This document shows, piece after piece, positions 1 to 10,309 of a stretch of 50,587 bases of DNA. Where the stretch lies: the NCBI GenBank assembly GCA_024256285.1, contig JACGUG010000006.1:1-50587 (forward strand), given 5' to 3'. This stretch comes from an archaeon. GTDB lineage: Archaea; Thermoproteota; Nitrososphaeria; Nitrososphaerales; JACAEJ01. Position numbers and translations under genes: made by a program. Position 1 is the stretch's first letter. Every line of letters starts with the position of its first letter. The notes below the pieces were generated by a model. The model worked only from the letters and a program-made list of their open reading frames with translations. It did not search any database and was not told the DNA's origin.

Positions 1-800
1 ACCGTAATGCTTCCAAAATCATCGGTCAATAGGCTCGGCTTTATCTTACTCACTTCTCTATCACCGTAATTGATCGTGGTGATCGTATCTGAGACTACGA
101 TATCCCCTAGAGGAGATATTGCCAGCTCTCTTTCAGCTTCAGTAAACTCAAGAAGGGCAAAATAGAGGCTTTCTTCAGCCATGATAGTTACATTCTCAGT
201 TATAGAAAAGCCTTGATTTAAATTGGAAAAATTTCCGATCAAGGCCCACCTATGATCGATCCTCTTAGCCGTGAAATTTTCATACTGAACTGAAGGAAAG
301 AATGTCGAAATTGGAATAATGAAAGATGAATCCAATTTTTCGATAGGTAAACTTAGGGCTGGAACGAGGGGCATCGAAGCAGTGTAATTTAACTCGTTAT
401 TAGAGGAGAGCACCCTCACGAAGTACATCTTGAGGGAAATTATAGCATTCTCATTCGGTGGAATCTTGTAGTCTTGGGGTGGAGTTAAAGTGAGTACAGT
501 ATAATTTTCAGTTAAAACTTTACTAAAATCGAAATTGGCAGGACTTACCGAATGTGTGGCTATGAGATCGTAAAATTCTAGAGGGTACGTTATATTGATA
601 GGAGGCAAGGTAGCATCTTCCTCAAAATCGTTCTTGACGACTATCCTATCGTCCACCAAGATGAAGCCATAATCGTTCAGGGTCGTCTGATGGTTGAAGT
701 ATGAGACCTTATCTATCGTTATCTGGGCATCGGCCTTACATGGGATGAAGGGAAGTAGTAAAAACAGCATTACGATCATAATTGTAGCGTATTTCTTCAT
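1..800 (-). CDS. Secreted/membrane-anchored protein, ribophorin-I-like (partial, runs off the left edge)
   Basis: Not in the ORF track. ATG at 800 gives MKKYATIMIVMLFLLLPFIPCKADAQ (signal peptide) and the frame stays open to position 1. It contains LLEFTEAERELAISPLGDIVVSDTITTINYG, similar to the ribophorin I [15 protein letters not shown] motif. Confidence 0.65.
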   Translation of the reverse strand, partial: MKKYATIMIVMLFLLLPFIPCKADAQITIDKVSYFNHQTTLNDYGFILVDDRIVVKNDFEEDATLPPINITYPLEFYDLIATHSVSPANFDFSKVLTENYTVLTLTPPQDYKIPPNENAIISLKMYFVRVLSSNNELNYTASMPLVPALSLPIEKLDSSFIIPISTFFPSVQYENFTAKRIDHRWALIGNFSNLNQGFSITENVTIMAEESLYFALLEFTEAERELAISPLGDIVVSDTITTINYGDREVSKIKPSLLTDDFGSIT

Positions 801-884
801 GAGACGACACCAAGCTAGAGTAATTTACATTTATTAAAGTGCTTGGTTGAAAATTTAAACTAACTTATCAGAGGTTAGCATAGA

Positions 885-1262
885 TCACTGACTGGACTTT
901 AGCTTGTCTCTGATAGAAATGAGCCTTCCATCCTCTTTTACCATTATCTTCGTCTCGACACTTATCTTCATTCCAAGACTCCTAAAGAGATAGAGGAGTT
1001 CTCCACCGGATATGGTACCCTTCAGACCCTTGGACTTGATCAGTTCAACGAGATGTTTTACAATGATGGCCGTCCTTTCTGGGTAATATCTTTCTGCTGT
1101 CAGAAGGACTTCTTCTCCTCTATCTACAAGCCGATTTATCAAGATGTCCCTAGGAGTCTCTTTCTTTGGCTCTTCCTTAGATTTCTGAGAAAGCCTCTTT
1201 TTCATCTCCAACATCTTTTTGGCCATAAGCAGATCCAATTCTTTATTCTCTCCCATGGACAT
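885..1262 (-). CDS. PDCD5/DUF122-like dsDNA-binding protein
   Basis: Small basic helical protein (ELDLLMAKKMLEMKKR...LVDRGEEVL...ISGGELLYLFRSLG). The start may be the ATG at 1256. Confidence 0.6.
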   Translation of the reverse strand: MSMGENKELDLLMAKKMLEMKKRLSQKSKEEPKKETPRDILINRLVDRGEEVLLTAERYYPERTAIIVKHLVELIKSKGLKGTISGGELLYLFRSLGMKISVETKIMVKEDGRLISIRDKLKSSQ

Positions 1263-1935
1263 TCTCCTCCTCTAATTTAGAGGAATCCCTTTCTATAAAA
1301 GGCGACTTCAGTATGAGCTCGATGAAGAATTCATGAAACCTTGTATCGGTTGTCAGCTCAGGATGGAAGGCTATCCCTATTCGATTGTCTTGCCGGACAG
1401 CCGCTATCTTGTCCTCATAAATCGCTAGAACTTCGACTTCATCACTCAGAACCGAGCTTACGGCCGGCGCTCTTATGAAGACTCCTGGGAAGCGACCTTT
1501 CCCTATCTTCGGCATCTCGAGATAGCTCTCGAAGGATTCACGTTGCCTACCAAAGGCATTTCTAACAACTTCTACATCCAATATCCCCAATATAGGTTGG
1601 TCGATCTTCCCAGTCCTTGCATCACGAACATGTTTGGCCATCAAGATCAAGCCTGCACATGTTCCGAATATGGGCATACCAGCTGAACTAGCGTCTCTGA
1701 TCTTGGAGAGCAGACCGTAGCGCTCTGCTATCCTTCCTATGGTTGTACTCTCTCCACCAGGAATTATCAGACCATGAACTTTATCTATCTGATCTTCTCT
1801 TTTTACTGTTACCACTTCTCCTTCTAGACCCATCTCTCTTATAGCCATATCTGTAATGTCTATATGCTCTGATACATCTCCTTGGAGAGCCAATACACCT
1901 ATTCTTAACAGCTTCAATTTTACCTTCTTACACAC
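1243..1935 (-). CDS. pdxT: Pyridoxal 5'-phosphate synthase glutaminase subunit
   Basis: [20 protein letters not shown] nucleophile, RNAFGRQ, FIRAP and FHPE motifs. Overlaps pdxS. Confidence 0.97.
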   Translation of the reverse strand: MCKKVKLKLLRIGVLALQGDVSEHIDITDMAIREMGLEGEVVTVKREDQIDKVHGLIIPGGESTTIGRIAERYGLLSKIRDASSAGMPIFGTCAGLILMAKHVRDARTGKIDQPILGILDVEVVRNAFGRQRESFESYLEMPKIGKGRFPGVFIRAPAVSSVLSDEVEVLAIYEDKIAAVRQDNRIGIAFHPELTTDTRFHEFFIELILKSPFIERDSSKLEEENVHGRE

Positions 1936-2857
1936 CCCTGATCTGCATCATCTGCTCTGGCTTGAGGGTCTTGATGTCTATGCCGACCATGGACTTCTCT
2001 TCGGCTATCATCTTACTTGCCTCAAGCACGATTTTTGGATCGTTCCAATAAGTTGTCGCGATCACCGTAGCTTCAGCTCTTACCCCTGGGTCCTTGGACT
2101 TGAATATCCCCGAGCCAACGAAGACTCCATCAGCACCCAGATGCATCATCAAGGCTGCATCTGCAGGCGTAGCTATCCCACCAGCAGCAAAGTTCACTAC
2201 AGGCAACCTACCAAGCTTGGCGGTCTCCTTGACCAGCTCGATGGACACTTTATACTCTTTCGATAAATCAAGGATTTGCTCCTCATTCATACTTCTCAAC
2301 TCTCTGATCTTGTTCATGACAAGTTTCATGTGCTTCACAGCCTCCGCAACATTCCCAGTTCCTGCCTCTCCCTTCGTTCTGATCATAGAAGCCCCCTCTG
2401 CGATCCTGCGTAAAGCCTCACCAAGGTCTCTACAGCCGTTCACGAAAGGGGTTGTGAACTTCCACTTGTCTATATGGTGGCTGTCATCTGCAGGGGTCAA
2501 GACCTCGCTCTCATCGATCATATCCACCCCTAATACTTCAAGAATCTTGGCTTCCATGTAGTGGCCTATGCGGCATTTCGCCATAACAGGTATCGTTACA
2601 TGGTCTATGACTTCTTGTATTCTTTTTGGGTCACACATCCTAGCCACTCCTCCCGCAACCCTGACATCTGCCGGTAATTTGTCAAGGACCATAACGGCTA
2701 TCGCTCCAGCATCTTCAGCGATCTGGGCTTGTTCAACATTCGTCACATCCATTATGACCCCTCCTTTCTGCATCTTGGCGAAGCCCCTCTTCACCCTAAC
2801 AGTGCCGAATAGAGGCTTCTTCGATCTGACCTCAACAGTAGTTACCGTCATATCCAT
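1928..2857 (-). CDS. pdxS: Pyridoxal 5'-phosphate synthase lyase subunit
   Basis: [34 protein letters not shown] and [13 protein letters not shown] motifs. Confidence 0.98.
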   Translation of the reverse strand: MDMTVTTVEVRSKKPLFGTVRVKRGFAKMQKGGVIMDVTNVEQAQIAEDAGAIAVMVLDKLPADVRVAGGVARMCDPKRIQEVIDHVTIPVMAKCRIGHYMEAKILEVLGVDMIDESEVLTPADDSHHIDKWKFTTPFVNGCRDLGEALRRIAEGASMIRTKGEAGTGNVAEAVKHMKLVMNKIRELRSMNEEQILDLSKEYKVSIELVKETAKLGRLPVVNFAAGGIATPADAALMMHLGADGVFVGSGIFKSKDPGVRAEATVIATTYWNDPKIVLEASKMIAEEKSMVGIDIKTLKPEQMMQIRGV

Positions 2858-3084
2858 AACTCCTTGGCATGTACTCTCTTAAAGAGATTTTCCTTATTTA
2901 ATATATAGGTTGGGTCATGCCAAAATCCTTTGGAAGTAATTCGATGCTATAGTCAGTCTATCGATAAGAAGAAATATGAATTTGAACTTGGAGATGAGGT
3001 CAAGGACAGGATAAAGGAAGAGCTTAAAGATCGATGACATCTTCATAATTTCTTTTAATAAGGTCAATTGCAATTCTATACCCA

Positions 3085-3951
3085 ATGACCGACAAAGATT
3101 TTTGGGCAGGATTAGGTGCAATACTATCAACAATTATAGCAGGTCTCTCTTGGTTTTGGAATATAGGCGTTTTACAGATATTATTTTCAGTTTTAACAGG
3201 TGCTTTTATTACTTATCTTGTACAAAGTAAACTTCAGGATCGCATCGAAAAAAGGCGAACAGCAGTCGAAAACATCAAAAAAATATACGCCCCATTCTTT
3301 TTAGAAATTAAGAATACTAAAGAGAATTTACTATTAAATCTGGAAACAAAAGGGATAGGGAATTGGACTACAATAATTAACCAACCAGAAATATTTTGTG
3401 TAGAAACAGGATTCAAAAACCAAATGATCGAGTTCTGTAAAAGAGCAAACTCCTTTATCGAAAAAATTAATGGAATTAAAAGAATCGTAGCAGACATCTT
3501 TTGGGATGGTGTCAAAGAGATTTATTATCCTGCTTTTGCTGATGATATGTGGGTATCTCTTTCCCGAAGTGATCTTGCTGGTTTCCATCTAAGTCTCTTA
3601 AAACCAATTGGAAGAGATTTTGCAGAAATTGAGAAGTGTGCTATACTAAAAAACGATCCAATAAAAAGCCTCCAAGAAAAAACAACTTTCCTTGCAGCCC
3701 AATTAGAATTTGTCCTCGATTATGAATACAAAACAAAAACTGGTGGCGGGCATAGACAACATAGAGTCAACATTTCTGATTTAGATCCACCATTCAAGGA
3801 TTTTTGGAAAGATATGCTAGAAAAAGTTCATGAAAATATTGATGTCTCAAGATTCGATGCTGAAAGACAGGAATTGATTGAGATAGCAGACAATCTTTTG
3901 GAGAAACTTGGAAAATACATAGACAGGTATATCGAAATAGAGAAAATATGA
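3085..3951 (+). CDS. Hypothetical protein with N-terminal transmembrane segments, AT-rich
   Basis: 288-aa ORF with two hydrophobic N-terminal helices followed by a helical soluble region. A/T-ending codons, unlike its neighbours. Confidence 0.75.
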   Translation: MTDKDFWAGLGAILSTIIAGLSWFWNIGVLQILFSVLTGAFITYLVQSKLQDRIEKRRTAVENIKKIYAPFFLEIKNTKENLLLNLETKGIGNWTTIINQPEIFCVETGFKNQMIEFCKRANSFIEKINGIKRIVADIFWDGVKEIYYPAFADDMWVSLSRSDLAGFHLSLLKPIGRDFAEIEKCAILKNDPIKSLQEKTTFLAAQLEFVLDYEYKTKTGGGHRQHRVNISDLDPPFKDFWKDMLEKVHENIDVSRFDAERQELIEIADNLLEKLGKYIDRYIEIEKI

Positions 3952-4113
3952 CCCTAAATATAAAAATCGAATGTATACATTGGTTTTGTTTGAGAAAAAG
4001 AGGCGAAAAATGAAGCGGGTTTAGGAAAGGAACTAAATTTTCGGTTTTAAGGGGGGTTTAATTTCTTAATTTCTAGACGGTCATATTAGTGAATAAAAAC
4101 CCTTCATAAATCT

Positions 4114-4956
4114 CTATAAGTGGACGGCTAAATTTATCATGGCCAGAGATGCCAATAGCGCCTCTTCGGTCCTAACAGTGGCTGTGTTCTGATCAGGGAT
4201 CGTGTTCACTGTGAATCTGCTAAGTTGAAATGGGTTCATATCTTCGTCTGAAAGGATTTCGAATACGCCTCTTTTAGGAGAGCCAAAGGCAAGCATTATG
4301 CTCTTTGAATTCTTCACTTCGCCGACCAGATCGAGCCAGATTTCAGATATTGCCTTTCCTTTCCTTGAAGTGAAGATGGTGAGGTCTGCCTTGGCGCTCC
4401 TTACAAGTTTTCCTAAAGATGGGGCACGCTTGACCACATAGCCCCAATACTCTTTGATCTCTTCTCTTCTGGCAACTCTGCATCTTAGTTCTGGGAATCG
4501 TGATGTAAAGATCACTGTCACACGCCCACCTTCTCTCATGCTATTTTCCAAGGGCACCAAAGAAGATAGGCCGACATCTACCAGATTTTTTCCTCCAACC
4601 CTTACCACTACGCCCTCCCTCAAATCTCCAACACGAACCTTGGATAATGGAATTTCCAACTTGTGGTGGGGTGTCCTCAATGGCGGGAGAAGTCCTGCGT
4701 ATCTAAGTGCCTTCACCTGCCCAAAAATTCGCTTTCTGAGATACTGGGGCGTCTCCATATACTCAAGAGCCTTCTTTATAACTTCACAGTCATCTTCATA
4801 ATCCCCCGAGCTATCTTTGTAAAGATAGATCCTCGAAACCCCGAATACGGAGCAGGCTCTACCAACGGCACCTATCTTTAAGGTCTTCCCTCTCAGATGA
4901 GTAGAATCTGAAACCAAGGAGTCTGGGAGGGCTATCCATAACTGTTGGGGGATCAT
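4114..4956 (-). CDS. SPOUT-family RNA methyltransferase (DUF171/C9orf114-like)
   Basis: LEYMETPQYLRK, LRYAGLLPPLRTPHH, YWGY and NTIPDQNTATVRTEEA motifs. Divergent from rpl3. Confidence 0.92.
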   Translation of the reverse strand: MIPQQLWIALPDSLVSDSTHLRGKTLKIGAVGRACSVFGVSRIYLYKDSSGDYEDDCEVIKKALEYMETPQYLRKRIFGQVKALRYAGLLPPLRTPHHKLEIPLSKVRVGDLREGVVVRVGGKNLVDVGLSSLVPLENSMREGGRVTVIFTSRFPELRCRVARREEIKEYWGYVVKRAPSLGKLVRSAKADLTIFTSRKGKAISEIWLDLVGEVKNSKSIMLAFGSPKRGVFEILSDEDMNPFQLSRFTVNTIPDQNTATVRTEEALLASLAMINLAVHL

Positions 4957-5019
4957 CGATCAATAGAGTCTTCAATAAATATTTAAAAGACATCCTGTAA
5001 ATCTGCCTTAAGAGCTACA

Positions 5020-6018
5020 ATGGGTCATAGAAAGAAGAGCGCTCCTAGAAGGGGGTCCTTGGCGTATAGGCCTAGAGGAAGGGCGGCAAGTATAGTGCCT
5101 ACTGTGAGGGCTTGGCCTGAAATATCCGTTGATAAACCTTCATTGTTGGGCTTTGCTGGGTTCAAGGCGGGTCTAATACACGTAATAACTGTGGATGATA
5201 GGGAAAAAACACCCAACTTCGGTAAACCCGTCTTCAATGCTGCTACCGTCATCGGTACTCCCCCCACCTTCATCTATGGTATGAGAGTGTATGGAAGGGA
5301 TCACGATGGTCTTTTTGTGCTTGGGGATGTTTACATAGACAAACTGCCCAAGGATTTAAGCGAGAAGAAGGGTAAGAAATCGAAGGTTGTGGAGAAGGCT
5401 CTAAAAAAGATAGAAGGTATCTTGGATAAATTAGTTCGAATGTCTGCTATCGTGAGGGTCTACCCTAAAGATGCGGGCCTATCACAAAAGAAGCCTGTAA
5501 TCTTTGAGATAGGTATTGATGGAGGAGATATGAAATCTCGCTTTGAATACTTGAAGGGCATACTGGGTAAAGAGGTTAAGATTAATGAGATAATCAAGCC
5601 TGGGACTTATATCGATATAATAGGGATTACGAAGGGCAAAGGTATTGAAGGCCCAGTTACCAGATTCGGCATAAAGAGGAAGAGCCATAAGTCCAGAAAG
5701 AGTGTCCGAGCAGTAGCAACACTTGGGGCATGGCATCCTGCAAGCGTCATGTATACTGTGCCTAGAGCCGGTCAGAGGGGTTATCACCAAAGGGTGGAGT
5801 ATAACAAAAAGGTCTTGGTCGTATCGAATTCAAAAGAAGAGGAGATAACCCCCAAATCTGGTTTCCCTCACTTCGGCGTCGTTGATGGGGATTACGTGAT
5901 CGTCAAAGGTTCTGTGCCAGGGCCAGCAAAAAGGCTGATCAAACTCCGTCTACCACTAAGGCCTCCTAAAGTCAAGATCCAACCACCGAAGATACTTGAA
6001 ATAAGCGTAAGAAGGTGA
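5020..6018 (+). CDS. rpl3: 50S ribosomal protein uL3
   Basis: APRRGSLAYRPR, FAGFKAG, TKGKG, RAGQRGYHQR and KGSVPGPAKR motifs. Confidence 0.99.
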   Translation: MGHRKKSAPRRGSLAYRPRGRAASIVPTVRAWPEISVDKPSLLGFAGFKAGLIHVITVDDREKTPNFGKPVFNAATVIGTPPTFIYGMRVYGRDHDGLFVLGDVYIDKLPKDLSEKKGKKSKVVEKALKKIEGILDKLVRMSAIVRVYPKDAGLSQKKPVIFEIGIDGGDMKSRFEYLKGILGKEVKINEIIKPGTYIDIIGITKGKGIEGPVTRFGIKRKSHKSRKSVRAVATLGAWHPASVMYTVPRAGQRGYHQRVEYNKKVLVVSNSKEEEITPKSGFPHFGVVDGDYVIVKGSVPGPAKRLIKLRLPLRPPKVKIQPPKILEISVRR

Positions 6019-6028
6019 TCGATTAAAC

Positions 6029-6841
6029 GTGACAAAAGTTCCTATATACGATCTTAATGCCTCTAAGATAGGCAAGATCGATCTACCAGAGGTCTTCTCT
6101 ACACCTTTCAGGCCCGATATCATTCACAGGGCCCACATTGCATTATCATCAAATAAAATTCAGCCTCAAGGCAGAGACCCCATGGCGGGCAAGAAGACGA
6201 GCGCCTCGACCTATAACCCACCTACAGGCCGTGGTATTTCTAGAGTGCCTAGGGTCAAAGGCGAAAGAAATCCCAGATCTGGGCAAGCAGCAGGGATAGC
6301 AAGCGTAGTCAAGGGTAGGCAAGCCCATCCTCCAAGGTCTGAGAAGAGGATAAGAAAGGAGATCAACAAGAAAGAGCGATGGCTTGCTACAGCATCTTCC
6401 ATAGCATCTTCTGCCAATAGAGAGCTTGTCGCCTTGAGGGGGCATAAAATCAGTAAAGTTCCAACTATCCCCCTTGTTGTATCTGATGAGATTCAGAGCA
6501 TAGAGAAGGCCAAGGACTTAAGGTCCCTCTTTGAGAAGTTTGGTTTGGATGAGGATGTGGATCGGGCAGCAGGGAAGAGGAAGACCCGTTCTGGCAAACC
6601 TAGGATGCGTGGCAGGACGAAGAGAACGGCTAAAGGCCCATTGATAGTCGTAGCTGAAGATAGAGGGATAGGTAAAGCTGCAAGGAACTTTCAAGGGGTC
6701 GATCTTGCCTTGGCGAAGGATCTAAGTGTACTGCATCTAGCACCTGGCTCTCACCCTGGTAGGCTCGTTCTATGGTCAGAATCGGCCCTAAAATCCCTTA
6801 ACAGAACCTTGATGGAGGTTGCTAGAAGGTTTGCGAGTTGA
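6029..6841 (+). CDS. rpl4: 50S ribosomal protein uL4 (archaeal L4e type)
   Basis: FRPDII, QGRDPMAGKKTSA, GRQAHPP and LAPGSHPGRL motifs. Confidence 0.99.
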   Translation: MTKVPIYDLNASKIGKIDLPEVFSTPFRPDIIHRAHIALSSNKIQPQGRDPMAGKKTSASTYNPPTGRGISRVPRVKGERNPRSGQAAGIASVVKGRQAHPPRSEKRIRKEINKKERWLATASSIASSANRELVALRGHKISKVPTIPLVVSDEIQSIEKAKDLRSLFEKFGLDEDVDRAAGKRKTRSGKPRMRGRTKRTAKGPLIVVAEDRGIGKAARNFQGVDLALAKDLSVLHLAPGSHPGRLVLWSESALKSLNRTLMEVARRFAS

Positions 6842-7097
6842 AGATGCATCGAGGATTGTCAAGCGTCCTTACGTTACTGAGAAGACCTTCAATATGGTGG
6901 AGAGAGAGAACAAGCTCGTGTTCATAGTGGACGAGAAGGCCAACAAAAGGGCGATAAAGCAAGCGATAGAAATTTTATACGAGGTCAAGGTTGAGTCGGT
7001 GAATACTACGAAGACTATATATGGCAAAAAGGCATACGTCAAACTATCGAAGGAAAATCCAGCAACAGATCTGGCTGCAAAGCTAGGTATAGTGTGA
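6819..7097 (+). CDS. rpl23: 50S ribosomal protein uL23
   Basis: PYVTEK, ENKLVFIVD and KKAYVKL motifs. The start may be the TTG at 6831. Confidence 0.97.
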   Translation: MLEGLRVEDASRIVKRPYVTEKTFNMVERENKLVFIVDEKANKRAIKQAIEILYEVKVESVNTTKTIYGKKAYVKLSKENPATDLAAKLGIV

Positions 7098-7153
7098 TCA
7101 TTCGATGGATAAAGACTTAAGAGAGATGATACGATCGATCTTGGTGATCTCTT

Positions 7154-7903
7154 TTGGGTAAAAGAATTCTCTCTCAAAGAAGGGGTCGAGGGGGCATGCA
7201 ATACCGATCGCCTAAGAAGGGTAAGGTCGCCCCTGCGAAGTACCCTGCTTTACCTATCTCAGAGACTGGAAGGGGCAAGGTTACTAGGCTTATAGATGAG
7301 AGGGGGAGGAGTGCACCCTTGGCTCAGATAACATTCGATGATGGGAGGGTAGCGTATCTTCCAGCGGTCGATGGACTGTATGTAGGGTATGAGATAGAGA
7401 TAGGACACAAAGCCGAACCAAGGCTAGGAAATATCCTCTCCTTGGAGAAGATTCCTGAGGGGATGCGCATCTGTAACATAGAGAGCAAAGTTGGCGATGG
7501 TGGGAAGCTCATTAGAGCAGCAGGGGGTTCAGCGGTACTCTTCTCAAAGATGCCCATGGGAGTTTTAGTAAAGCTACCATCTGGCAAGATGGTAACTTTG
7601 AATGCTAAATGTAGGGCTATGATAGGAGAGATAGCTGGGGGTGGGAGACTCGAAAAACCCCTATTGAAGGCAGGGGCCAAGTATCACGCTATGAAGGCCA
7701 AAGGGAAGCTCTATCCTCGAGTTAGAGGTATGGCCATGGCAGCCGTCCATCACCCCTTCGGAGGAGGGCGCCATCAACACTCCATCCATAAGTCTAAGAG
7801 CACTTCTAAGACTGCACCGCCAGGCGCAAAAGTTGGAAGTATAGCGTCAAGAAAGACAGGTAGATCTCGTAAGAAACGTATAAAAAAGAGGATGTTCAAG
7901 TAG
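7154..7903 (+). CDS. rpl2: 50S ribosomal protein uL2
   Basis: [19 protein letters not shown] and [18 protein letters not shown] motifs. Confidence 0.99.
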   Translation: MGKRILSQRRGRGGMQYRSPKKGKVAPAKYPALPISETGRGKVTRLIDERGRSAPLAQITFDDGRVAYLPAVDGLYVGYEIEIGHKAEPRLGNILSLEKIPEGMRICNIESKVGDGGKLIRAAGGSAVLFSKMPMGVLVKLPSGKMVTLNAKCRAMIGEIAGGGRLEKPLLKAGAKYHAMKAKGKLYPRVRGMAMAAVHHPFGGGRHQHSIHKSKSTSKTAPPGAKVGSIASRKTGRSRKKRIKKRMFK

Positions 7904-7907
7904 AATC

Positions 7908-8200
7908 ATGGTTCGAGAGTTCAAGTATCGGGGCTATACTCTAGATCAGTTGCAAAATATGTCTTTAGAGTCCTTCCTATCTCTTCTCCCTTCGAGACAG
8001 AGGAGATCGCTGAATAGAGGGATATCTGACGAGAAAAGGAAGCTACTTGAGACAGTGGAAAGGAGTTCGTCCCTCTAGAGATCAAACCCCAGATGATAGG
8101 GCATTATCTTGGAGAGTATGTGATAACCAACAAGAAGGTGACTCATGGAACGCCGGGTATAGGAGCGTCTCGTTCGTCTCTGTACGTGCCTCTAAAGTAA
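7908..8200 (+). pseudogene. rps19: 30S ribosomal protein uS19 with an internal deletion of about 100 nt and a frameshift (possibly an assembly artefact)
   Basis: ATG at 7908 gives [48 protein letters not shown] to 8051. A different frame then gives [48 protein letters not shown] (TAA 8198-8200). The IKTH-RD-IILP-MVG segment is absent. Confidence 0.93.
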
Positions 8201-8274
8201 TATCAGTAAGATTATACAGCAAGTTAACAGAACTACGGTTTGAGTTTAAATTAAAAAAGAATTGGGAGCACTGA

Positions 8275-9873
8275 CTATAATTTCGACTCTCTTACCTCGT
8301 CCAATATCAACCTATAGGCATACCCATCTATAAGAGCCGTGGCACTAGCCTCGATTATATTCTCAGATAGAGCGGTAGTAGCCCATTGAAGATCATGATC
8401 CTTGAATTCTATGAACGTTCTAACAGTGGATGCAGTGCCACTACCACTGTCCACAACCGTGACTTTGTAGTTAAGGAGCGTGACATTTTTAAGTTGAGGG
8501 AAACGCTTTAGGAGGGCTTTTCTCAAAGCTTGATCCAAGGCATGGACAGGACCTACACCGACAGAGACTTCATGTAAAACTTCGTCGCCGACTTTAACCA
8601 TTATCTCCCCACTTGTAAAATTAACTCCATTCTTGATCGTAGAGACGCTCCAACGCTGGACTTTAAAGGGATAAAGTTCATAGCCCATGGCCCTTAAGAG
8701 AATCAAATGCACTGTAGCATCAGCATCTTCAACTCGATAGCCTTGGGCTTCCATGCTCTTTATCTCTTCAAGGACTTTATCCACTACATCGCTTCGCTTA
8801 TCCAACTTTAGCCCTAATCCTTGAGCCATATTTGCCACGCTAGCTCTTCCCGATAGCTCTGAGATAGAAAGCTCTCTACGATTGCCAACTAAAATTGGAT
8901 CGATATGCTCGTAAGCTTTTGGTTGCTTCAATATGGCATCTATATGCACGCCACCTTTATGGGCAAAGGCATTCTTTCCAACGTAAGGTTGGTAAGGATC
9001 TGGGGGCAGGTTTGTCAGATCATAGACATACTTTGATAGAGTTGATAGATTCTTTAATTGTTCGTCTATTGGTTTATCGTTATACAGAGCTCTTAGACCC
9101 ATCTTAAAATGGAGGATGGGCAAGATTTGGCAGAGATCGGTGTTGCCACATCTTTCTCCAAGACCGTTTATCGTACACTGTATATGCCTCACTCCAGCCG
9201 ATATGGCTATGACAGCATTGGCAGTTGCAAGCCCAGAATCGTTATGGCAGTGAATCCCAAGGGGAGCTTTCAATTCAGCCTTCACCTTCTCAACTATGTG
9301 CTGAACATCTGGAGTCAGGGTTCCTCCATTCGTGTCACAGAGCACTATCACCTCTGCCCCTGCTTCCTCCGCTGTTTTAACTACCCTTAAAGCGTACTCA
9401 TGGTTACCCTTGAAGCCATCGAAGAAGTGCTCTGCATCGAATATAACATTTAGGTCATGGTTCTTCAAATATTCTATAGAGTCCCTTACTATCTCCAAAT
9501 TTTCATCTAGCGTTGTCTGTAATACTTCAGCGACATGTAGATCCCAAGACTTGCCAAAGATCACCACAGTATTTACACCCGTATTAAGAAGGGAGGTCAG
9601 TTTTACATCCTCACTGGGCGAGAGGCCTTTCCTTCTCGTGCTACCAAATGCTACTACTTCTGAATTTTTTAGAGGAATCTTCTTGATGGTCCTAAAGAAC
9701 TCTACATCCTTTGGATTTGAGCCAGGCCACCCTCCCTCGATATACTTCACACCCAGTTCATCAAGGCGTTGAGCTATGCTAAGCTTATCTTGCAAAGAGA
9801 AGCCAACACCATACGTCTGAGCACCGTCCCTTAATGTGGTGTCCAGGATTTCTACGTCAGGATCGAACTCCAC
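8275..9873 (-). CDS. cimA: Citramalate synthase (DRE-TIM, LeuA family)
   Basis: DTTLRDGAQ, YIEGGWPGSNPKD, FDAEHFFDG, LCDTNGG, HCHND and AFAHKGGVH motifs, plus a C-terminal regulatory domain. Confidence 0.9.
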   Translation of the reverse strand: MEFDPDVEILDTTLRDGAQTYGVGFSLQDKLSIAQRLDELGVKYIEGGWPGSNPKDVEFFRTIKKIPLKNSEVVAFGSTRRKGLSPSEDVKLTSLLNTGVNTVVIFGKSWDLHVAEVLQTTLDENLEIVRDSIEYLKNHDLNVIFDAEHFFDGFKGNHEYALRVVKTAEEAGAEVIVLCDTNGGTLTPDVQHIVEKVKAELKAPLGIHCHNDSGLATANAVIAISAGVRHIQCTINGLGERCGNTDLCQILPILHFKMGLRALYNDKPIDEQLKNLSTLSKYVYDLTNLPPDPYQPYVGKNAFAHKGGVHIDAILKQPKAYEHIDPILVGNRRELSISELSGRASVANMAQGLGLKLDKRSDVVDKVLEEIKSMEAQGYRVEDADATVHLILLRAMGYELYPFKVQRWSVSTIKNGVNFTSGEIMVKVGDEVLHEVSVGVGPVHALDQALRKALLKRFPQLKNVTLLNYKVTVVDSGSGTASTVRTFIEFKDHDLQWATTALSENIIEASATALIDGYAYRLILDEVRESKL

Positions 9874-10309
9874 AACCTCCTATTACTGAAGAATATCCTT
9901 CACATGTAAATAAGGATAACTGAATCATCACTACTATGGTGGAGATCCCTATCAAAAAGCCGAATAGGAAAGATATCCATGAGCTAATCCAAAGCCTTTC
10001 CCTGAAAATAACCGAGTTCAACTTCAAGTCCTTTGGTTGGAATTAATCTAGGGGAAGGGTGACATTTTGACATATTATATTTGCCGAAATATCTACCCTC
10101 TTCCTGGATTATTATTTTGCTTGGAAAACTTGATTTCGAACTCTTACGTTCTTTCACCTTAAAAGCGCTCAAAGGGTGGATAAATCAGGGAAAAATCTAT
10201 GTAGGTAATATTATTATTGATACAGTAGATAAAATGGCCTTAGAAGCGGTTTGCCCACACCATGAGGTATCCGTTCGTTTATATATCTTAAGTAGAGGAA
10301 ATACTAAAG

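Noticed and set aside
8047-8274. 75-aa ORF
   Set aside because: Off-frame shadow of the rps19 3' half.
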